DNA from: Octopus vulgaris
Lineage: Eukaryota
NCBI GenBank assembly: GCA_951406725.2
Contig: OX597817.1
Coordinates: 147,746,001-147,810,000, forward strand
Direction: 5' to 3'
Length of the DNA stretch: 64,000 bases
Positions within the stretch are counted from its first letter, which is position 1. Every line of letters starts with the position of its first letter. The translations under genes and the position numbers were made by a program. Shown here one piece after another: positions 54,888 through 64,000 of this stretch. Below the pieces are notes generated by a model. It worked only from the letters and a program-made list of their open reading frames with translations. It was not told where the DNA came from and did not search any database.

Positions 54888-55257
54888 CTGCAGAAAGAAT
54901 GAGAGAGATAGTGAGCAAGCGAGAGAGAGGGAGAGAGACAGAGGAGATGAGGAGAGAGAGGGATGACTACTAGTCATCAGGTACTAATTTTGAGCTGTGT
55001 ACATTGGAGCAACGTGAAATGATGTGCCTTTCTCAAGGACATAACCCACCGCCCGGTCCAGAAAGCGAACTCATGCTCTAATGATTGTAAACCCAACGAC
55101 CTAACAACAAGACAACGCACTTTTACGGACACCTTTTCATATCCGACTAACAACAATACTCTATTTTTAATAATGTTTGCCAATATCATTACACGCCATT
55201 CAGCTCTTTTAGATTTTCGTCGTTTCATGTATGTATCCCTACCTCTCTCTTACTCCA

Positions 55258-55288
<31 letters not shown>

Positions 55289-56712
55289 ATCTCTCGGAAC
55301 ATATCTATTTCTTTTGCATAAATTCATTCATTGCCACTTTTTCCTTTCTATCATTGAGTTACTTATTAAATCTTCCTTTCACACTTGTAGCATCGAATTT
55401 TTCTCCCAAGTCCTCCACCCTTCGTGTCACCATTTTCATCTCACACACCCTCGCTCTCTTTTGTTCATCCACTCTCTTATTTCTTTGTTTCTTTCCTTCT
55501 TTATTCCTTTGTTAAAACTCCCTCGTTCTAATTGCCTCACACTCTCCTCACTACTTCGGTCTTGAGTTTCTACTCATTGTTAACTTCTCTTTTTCTCATA
55601 TCTTCTCATCTTCGTAAAACGTTTTCCATATTTCGGAAATCGTTATTTTTCCTCTCTCAATCTCTCACTCTTTTCCTCCCATTTTGTCTCTTATTCTCTC
55701 TCTCCGTCCCCTTCTGTCTCTCTCTCTACCCCCTCTCTCTCTCTCTCTCTTTCGTTCTCTTTCAATTCTTTCATTGTTATCTCTATTAATTTCCCACTCT
55801 TTTACTTGACTCTCCTTCCATTTGTTGGGGCAAATATCTTTGTCTCCCTTCGCTAGCTCCCTTCCACAACACTCATTCATCTTCTTTACACACACACACA
55901 CAAACACACACATATACACTCACTCACTCACTCCCACACACGCACACAAACTTACAGAGTTTGCCTGTCTGCCTGTCCGTCCCTTTCTGTTATATTCTCT
56001 CTCATTACCTTCACTTTTATCGATCAACCCCTACCCCTACACCTCTTCCTCACCCCTCACCCCACACCCCTCACCCCTCACTCTTCTTCTCTCTTCCTAC
56101 TTACCTTTCTTCTCCTCATCCCCAACCTCTTTTTCCTCTCTATACCAACCACAGCAAGGTATATAACTCGGCTGAACCAAACCCAGACCCGTCCAATTAC
56201 TATTAATTCTCATTCTCTTTTAGGCTGAACCGTATTGAAGCTCCCAAACAAACAAGACCGCCCTTTTCCAATTGGTACGCCTTACATTAACTGGGATCCA
56301 GAGTGAGTTACTAGCATGCTAATTGCTTTGTTGAAACTTGATATTCGATATCGACCCAGCAACTGAATGTAGCAAGGCGTTGAGTAGTAATATATGTCTT
56401 ATAACAAGGTGACATATCGATTTTGGCGTATTATGGGCTCCTTTTCAAATCTAACGCTCCTAGCAGCAGCAGCAGCAGCAGTAGTAGCAGCAGTGGTAGT
56501 AGTGCTTTGAATACTTTCCATATCAGGGTCAGTTTTAGTATTATTGATTTGCCTGTTTAGGCATTGGGCCACAAATGGAGAGGAAGAGGAAACGCCAGGG
56601 TGGGACGTTCATGCCTCTTCCAAGAGAATTAACGGCATAAATAAAATTAATAGGTTTTAAACAAAGAATCGGAACTTGATGATGTTGGTTTTTAACTTGT
56701 CGAAAGCTAACT

Positions 56713-56759
<47 letters not shown>

Positions 56760-56934
56760 TTTTATTCTTTTAGTTGTTTCAGTCATTTGAATGCTGCTAT
56801 GCTGGAGCACTGCCTTTAGTCGAACAAATTTACAGGGATGTAAACACACCGACACCGATTGTCAAGCGATGGTGGGAGGACAAACACAGACATACAAATA
56901 CATACACACATACACACATACACACACACACACA

Positions 56935-56968
<34 letters not shown>

Positions 56969-56979
56969 TATACATATAT

Positions 56980-57026
<47 letters not shown>

Positions 57027-57146
57027 CACTCTTGGAAATGGATGCATGGCGTTCAGTTAAATAATAATATAAATAATATACATATATATATATATATATG
57101 CTGGCCTTGTGCCAAAATATGAAACTCTTATTCGTAATGCAATAAA

Positions 57147-57550
57147 GGCGGTTAGCTGGTGGAAGGGTTACTGCACCAGACAAACTGAATAGCAACATTA
57201 TTTCCCCTTCTTTCTTATTTATTTATTGTCCACAAGTGGCTAAACATAAAGGGAGAAACAAGGACAGGCAAAGGGACTAAGTCGATTACATCGACCCCAG
57301 TGCGTAACGGGTACTTAATTTATCGACCCCGAAAGAATGAAAGGCAAAGTTGACCTCGGCGGAATTCGAATTCACAACGTATAGACAGACAGACAAAATG
57401 CTGCTAAGCATTTCGCCCTTATTTCTGTCCTGAGTTCTAATACTTTTCATGGTCTATAAAATAAGTACCTGTTGTGCACTGGGATCAAAATAATCGACTT
57501 CCCCCTCCCCTCAAAAATTCTGGCCCCGTGCCAAAATTAAAAAGGTTTAT
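57147..57550. mobile_element. Minus-strand SINE B (about 57210-57418) nested in an older plus-strand SINE B
   Basis: Plus-strand head at 57147 and tail at 57420-57550 flank an inverted, less diverged core. Confidence 0.65.
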
Positions 57551-58274
57551 TACTAATGAAATATGCCAGTATCAAGTGTAACAGTAGAAATAAGATCTAA
57601 CGAAGCAGAGTGAATACATGGTTTCAATTCCTGGTCTTACTTATTTTCCACTCCAATATATCTTGTGTCCTGTAACTGAATCTTCCTTTCGAGTGTCAAC
57701 AAGGTTATTTAATCAAGCATTAATAGTTATGATTAATAATGATTAATGAATCAGTGAATATAGACATCTGACGTTTTGCACCTATATATTTCATATGTGT
57801 ACGAAATTAAGAGCTTATCAGTTTATTAGTAATTAACAAGCTAATTAACTAATTAGATGAAAGACATGTAGACTAAAGGTGATCTTCAATATAGGTTTAG
57901 TGGTGTGGTAAAATCGATATCTCTCATTATTGTAAGTAACTTGAATTGTATCTTGCCTCTCATCCTTCCATTGTTGATAAATATATAATTGAAAATTAAT
58001 GTGCTGGCGATTGTACAGACAGTTGAGTACCCGAATAGAAACTGTGTATTATCTAATTCTGTGATTCAAGTTTGATCTAGTTCAACAGCTCAATAGTTAT
58101 GGGACTGGTAATATGCTGGTCGATCAGTAGATTGGTTCTTCTAATAACAAATTTTATTTCCTGTCAGATCAAAATATTTCTTAGAAATATATAGATTTAT
58201 ATACATACAGTAGGTGCCAGTGTGGTTCTGTGGTAAGTAAGAGGCTTGTTTGCTAACCACATCATTACAGGCTT

Positions 58275-58479
58275 ACTCTTTTACTTGTTTCAGTCATTTG
58301 ACAGCGGACAGTCATTTGACAGCCATGCTGGAGCACCGCCTTTAGTCGAGCAAATCGACCCCAGGACTTACTCTTTGTAAGCCTAGCACTTATTCTATCG
58401 GTCTCTTTTGCCGAACCGCTAAGTTACGGGAACGTAAACACACCAGCATCGGTTGTCAAGCGATGTTGGGTGGGGACAA

Positions 58480-58556
<77 letters not shown>

Positions 58557-59130
58557 ATTAATTAATAAGGGTGAGAGAATTAGATACTAATTTAATAGTA
58601 TATCTATTCCACACCAAGTGGCCTAGTGCTACGAGAAACCTGGATTATTATAATATTTTATAACATATTATAATATTTTTACAAAATAAATATAAGAGAG
58701 TGGTCACTATATGGCTCACTCTAGCACCAGTTAATCCAAAAGGTTTCAACCACGAAAATACATGTTTCCTATGAAAGTCAGTACGATTGTTAGCTCACAC
58801 GGACAGGGCAAATAAACTGTATTTTGTTATTTTTTATTTGCCCTGTCCGTGTGAGCTAACAATCGTACTGACTTTCATAGGAAACATGTATTTTCGTGGT
58901 TGAAACCTTTTGGATTAACTGGTGCTAGAGTGAGCCATATAGTGACCACTCTCTTATATTTATTTTATATTAAAAATATTATAATATGTTATAAAATATT
59001 ATAATAATCCAGGTTTCTCGTAGCACTAGGCTTACACTTTGGTGTGGAATAGATATACTATTAAATTAGTGATCTAATTGGGACTGAACCCGAACAATTG
59101 GTTGGTAATATATACCTACCATATAGCCAC
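58275..59130 (-). mobile_element. SINE family A split by the PLE hairpin
   Basis: 3' half at 58275-58500; head remnant gggactgaaccc..agccac at 59080-59130. Confidence 0.75.
58555..59079. mobile_element. Fold-back Penelope-like pseudo-LTR insertion (arms 58578-58816 / 58833-59079), same family as 15421
   Basis: Starts with the same taattaattaataagggtgagagaattagatac as 15421; about 240-bp inverted repeat with a 16-bp spacer. Confidence 0.85.
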
Positions 59131-59934
59131 TATGCGGATACTATATAAATATCTTATAATATATGTGTGTGCGCGTGTTTGTATGTCTCAGCCACTACTT
59201 GACAGCTGTTGTTAGTATGTTTACGTTCTCGTAACCTAGCGGGTCGGCAAAAGAGTCCGATAGACTAAATACTGGGGTTCAGTAATTCAACTAAATATTC
59301 TTCAAGGTGGTACCCCTGCATGGCCACAAATTTGACGACTGAAACAAGTAATATATAAAAGATATTTTTATGCAAAAAGTGGTATAAAAGGCACGTACAT
59401 TTATTTATACATATTGTGACTATGGCCTTGTGTAACATGTTATTACAACTAACATTATGCTATTATGCCTTGAAGCGATGTTGTGCAAACGATTCTCTTT
59501 TCCCATCAAATTAAAAATTAGGGATATTTTGTCTATTGTAACTTCAGAAATGAAGCATTACAAGAGATAAAAGTAAAGTGAGGCAAATAGTTGATTTGGT
59601 TTTACCCATTTCTATGATAGCACACTGAAAGGATCTCTGTAAAAATACGAGACACTCTAATTCACTTTTACCTGAAATATGGAGATTTCTATGTATGTAT
59701 GTATGTATGTATGTATGTATGTATGTATGTATGTATGTATGTATGTATGTATGTATGTATCTATCTATCTATCTATTTATCTATATATATATGAGATAAA
59801 TTAAATATAGAGTTATTCTGTTGACAATCCAATAATTTATTTATATTATATTACATTAAGTAGTATGAATATAACTATGAATATAAATGTATAGCATAAT
59901 ATTATACAACATAAATAACTTTAAAAACCAAAAA

Positions 59935-60017
59935 GTCCAACAAATTGTTTCGACTTATATATATTTTTTCTGATATACATAATCACAGTTCCATTATATA
60001 TATATAGTCACTTCAGG

Positions 60018-60020
<3 letters not shown>
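59935..60020 (-). ncRNA. Decayed hammerhead motif in a probable pseudo-LTR (about 59790-60020) between TA tracts
   Basis: Minus strand: gacc-CTGAAGT-gact...agtc-GAAA-caatttg-TT-ggac; A9 is mutated. Confidence 0.45.
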
Positions 60021-60061
<41 letters not shown>

Positions 60062-60149
60062 ATATTTATAAGGTATCCAATGAAGTACCAGTGCATTTGA
60101 TCTTTAACAAACTCCTTTGAAGGATTTCATTTCCTCAGTTTTTATATTA

Positions 60150-61228
60150 CATATATCTGGTAGACTTGCAAGGCACCTTTTCCAAAATTCACTTTTCCGT
60201 GACGAAGAATACTCCTCCAGTACTGTTCTGACCTCGTCTACAGAATTCATATATTTTCCGTTGAAAATATTTTGAAGACTGCGGAATAAATAATAATCAG
60301 ATGTGGCAATGACCGGCGAATATGGTGGGTGGAGCATCATTTCCAATTCAAACTGCTCCAGCCTCTGGAATGTCATCCTCGCTGTATATGGCCTTGCATT
60401 ATCATGATAGAACATTGGTTCGTCTTCGAACCAATGATAGTCATTTTTCTTCTACCGCTGACTTAAGTAGCTGAAGCAGTTCGCTGTAGATCTCTTTTGT
60501 TATCGTTTGGTTTGGGTTCAAAGTGAACTAAAACTTTCATATCCCACCAAATAGATAACAACACCTTACATGGGTGAAGACCTAGGATGCCGGTGTTTCT
60601 CTTTTCCTTACCCACTATCTTCGGTGCTTGAATTTTTTTTTTTTTTATAGAGAATCCATTTCTCTTCACCATTCACTATTCGGCTCCCAAAAGATTAATT
60701 CTTTAGAGACATGACAGCAAAGAAGAGCATACATTCACTCTCTGTTCATGATTAGACTCGAAAAGTCTGTGAGGAATGGTTGAATGACCAAATCCAAGCT
60801 TCTCTGCCAGTTCCTTAACAGTTATGATGCGATTTTTGTCCACAAGGGTTAGCAGGACGTCTTCGTCGAGCTCTGCAGATCTTCCAGAACGAGGATCGTC
60901 GTCTAGGCTGTAATTTCCGGCTCGGAATTTCTGGAACCATCGTTAGCACCGATTTACACTTATTGTCTGATTCCTATATACTGTGTTAATATTCCTCGCA
61001 TTTTCAGTTGCGTTGTTGCCTTTATTGAACTCATAAAGCAAGATATGCCGAATATGCTCCCTTGTCATTTCCATTGTAGCTTTGAAAAAATAACTGTTAA
61101 AATCGAACTGCACTCTTCAAAATTTCAACTAAGAATAAGTACAAGGTAAAATTACTACCTGCTTTTATAGCAAGTTGATGCTGGTAGTTTATCCCACTCC
61201 CCTGTGACTTTTAGTTCATGCAATTATA
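60150..61228 (-). mobile_element. Degenerate mariner transposase pseudogene (ATG near 61074)
   Basis: MEMTREHIRHILLYEFNKG..RWFQKFRAGNYSLDDDPRSGR; LHPCKVLLSIWWD; FYHDNARPY..LHPPYSPVIATSDYYLFRSL (DD34D-type motifs). Confidence 0.88.
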
Positions 61229-61257
61229 TAAGGGATGAACCAATATATATAAATGGA

Positions 61258-61745
<488 letters not shown>

Positions 61746-62408
61746 CATATATACTTAAATATTGAGGATGTAATTACCTCGTAAGGGATTGTTAAGAACA
61801 ATCCAGATACAAACTGACTTTATCAAATATATTGAATGTTCCTCAATATATATGTATAAACATATTATAGTAAATTATAAAGTTAATAAAAGAAATTGGA
61901 GAGGAAAAGACATGATAGATACTTGGTAATTTTATTTGTATTACAATGGAAAAGTAATACAAAGTAAAAGGGATACATAAAAGAATAAGGATAGAAAAAA
62001 CTGGATCAACAAAACAACCAACATTATCCGAAAAAAATCCTACACATGTTTCAGTCCGACAGTATATTTGAATCATCAACATTTTGGTGCGCGCGTGTGT
62101 GTGTGCGAGCGTGTATGCGGGTATGTATATATTTTTATTTTTTGGCGAATATGTGAGTGAACATGTGTTTCAAGTGAGGGTGGATGAGTATATACATATA
62201 GGCGCATGTACGTGGGTGTGCGGGAGCGCATGCGTATATATAAATACATGCGCGCTTACGCGACTGCTATGAACATTTTTACTCCCTTACCTCTACTCCC
62301 TCCCCTTAATTAGCGGTCATTCTAATAGCTCTTTTGTCTTAATAACGGTCAACCACATAGTCATTTCCCTTTGTTTAAAGGTTTTTTTCATAGCATTTTT
62401 TTCGACGG

Positions 62409-62475
62409 CCTGATAGCTGAAGAGATGCCGGCGTGGGTTTGCACACCGACATCCGAAACTCGGAGTTTTATCAGG
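62409..62475 (+). ncRNA. Hammerhead ribozyme motif in a solo pseudo-LTR (about 62330-62570) related to the 33.3-kb element
   Basis: cctgatag-CTGAAGA-gatgccggcgtg..cacaccgacatc-c-GAAA-ctcggag-TT-ttatcagg; 8-bp stem I; downstream cacataatatcgaggtctct..tcttacc matches 33390-33430; ends in (TA)n. Confidence 0.75.
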
Positions 62476-62565
62476 GCTACCGAATAATTGTCACATATTA
62501 TATTTACAGATGATTTCCTTTATTCACATAATATCGAGGTCTCTTAAATTTTTTTTGCTGTCTTA

Positions 62566-62626
<61 letters not shown>

Positions 62627-62649
62627 CGTGCGTGTGTGTGTGTGTGTGC

Positions 62650-62860
62650 GTGCGTGTGTGTGTTTGTCCATTCACCATCGTTTGAAAACCAGTGTTGATG
62701 TGTTTACGTGTCCGTAACTTAGTTCTTAGGTAAAAGTGAACGACAGAATAAGTAGCAGACCTACAAAGAATAAGTCCTGGGGTCGATTTGTTCAACTAAA
62801 AGCGGTGATCCAGCATGGCCGCAGTCAAATGACTGAAAGGAGCAAAAGAATGAAAGAAAT
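62650..62860 (+). mobile_element. SINE family A, 3' half
   Basis: aagaataagtcctggggtcgattt..ccagcatggccgcagtcaaatgactgaaa. Confidence 0.75.
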
Positions 62861-62865
62861 GTATA

Positions 62866-62928
<63 letters not shown>

Positions 62929-63319
62929 CAATATTATTATCATTATTATTATATAAATAGGTTTTAAGTCCAAGCAGTCTCGTCAAGCAGTCTCGTCAAG
63001 TCCAAGCAGTCTCGAAGCACACCCGCTGATTCCAAGTACCTATGTAGATGTATAAGTGTGAGGTATGCGTGAGCGTTGAAAATTCTGGGAATTATTTTTT
63101 GCAAAGTAAAAAGATATCATAGCACGCGATTGGTAAATATGTTGGCAATACCTATTCATAATCACACATATTTCATTTGCTAATAAGAGGTACAAAATTG
63201 TACATGTTACATAAACTTGTAAGCCATCTTCTACAAGATTTTCTTTAGAAAAATAATCAGATAACATTATATATGTTTTTATATATGCGTATATATATAT
63301 GCATATGTGTGTGTATCTA

Positions 63320-63437
<118 letters not shown>

Positions 63438-63441
63438 TACA

Positions 63442-63501
63442 TAGTGGTTAGAATTCATGGCTTTCATCCAGGCTGCCCGGGTTCGATTCCTGTCATGGAA
63501 A
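63442..63501 (+). pseudogene. 5'-truncated tRNA-Glu(TTC) relic
   Basis: tagtggttagaattcatggctTTCatccaggctgcccgggttcgattcctgtcatggaaa resembles metazoan tRNA-Glu; anticodon at 63463-63465; the 5' acceptor strand is replaced by microsatellite; T7 run at 63509-63515. Confidence 0.7.
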
Positions 63502-64000
63502 CGTGCTCTTTTTTTCAAGGTCCCTTTGTGTGTAGTAAAGAAATAGGTTCACGCACATCTAGAGACTTTCAGACCTTAACTAACACAATTCTAGTTACAG
63601 AAACTGGTTTCCTCAAACTGGCTTGTCAGCCCTAAGAAAGTCACCGAAGTTAGTCACTTAGTAACCCAAACTGGTTTACTCAAACTAGTTACACCAAACT
63701 GTGTCACTCTAACTAGTCACACAAACTTGGGTCCATAATTTTACTCAGTGGACATGGTTATCCACCAGTATATTAATAAATGTGTTCTTCCTTTTCTTTA
63801 AACAGGTGTGATTTGCAAGATACTTACTTACTTGTACTTGTGGTGACGTTCATCCAGGGCGGGTTGAGCCGGCTTTTTCTCTGGTCCTGACGGCATAGAA
63901 GAAGTTTCGTGGGAATATTGAATTCACAAGCGGTCCCTGACATAGCATATCCCGAGTGACGGGACGCCCTGTTTGCTGCGGAGTCTCCACAGACGCAGGG

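Noticed and set aside
62035-62082. Minus-strand ttgatga...gaaacatgtg hammerhead-like string
   Set aside because: U3 with G8 is uncompensated, the cleavage triplet would end in G, and stems I and II are poor; at most a dead relic.

Overview
AT-rich, microsatellite-saturated animal genomic DNA with no confidently identifiable host gene. The SINE families and the density of (TA)n/(CA)n/(TATG)n/(TAA)n arrays suggest an octopus or other coleoid cephalopod intron or intergenic region (inference). Almost all long ORFs in the track are microsatellite artefacts. The real content is a pile of transposable-element relics: several tRNA-derived SINE families, R4/Dong-like and RTE LINE fragments, Tc1/mariner relics, piggyBac-type MITEs, non-autonomous Helitrons, a Helentron-type HINE, a tRNA-Glu(TTC) relic and many Penelope-like element (PLE) pieces. 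The most striking signal is the PLE system. Four fold-back (palindromic) insertions (about 15.5, 31.8, 49.2 and 58.6 kb) and several solo pseudo-LTRs sit mostly in or beside (TA)n arrays. About ten minimal type-I hammerhead ribozyme motifs with palindromic stem III can be read by eye, including U3:A8 core covariants. In one hairpin the fold-back point lies 10 nt downstream of the ribozyme cleavage site predicted from a sister copy. Coordinates were read manually and may be off by a few bases; no database searches or folding programs were run.
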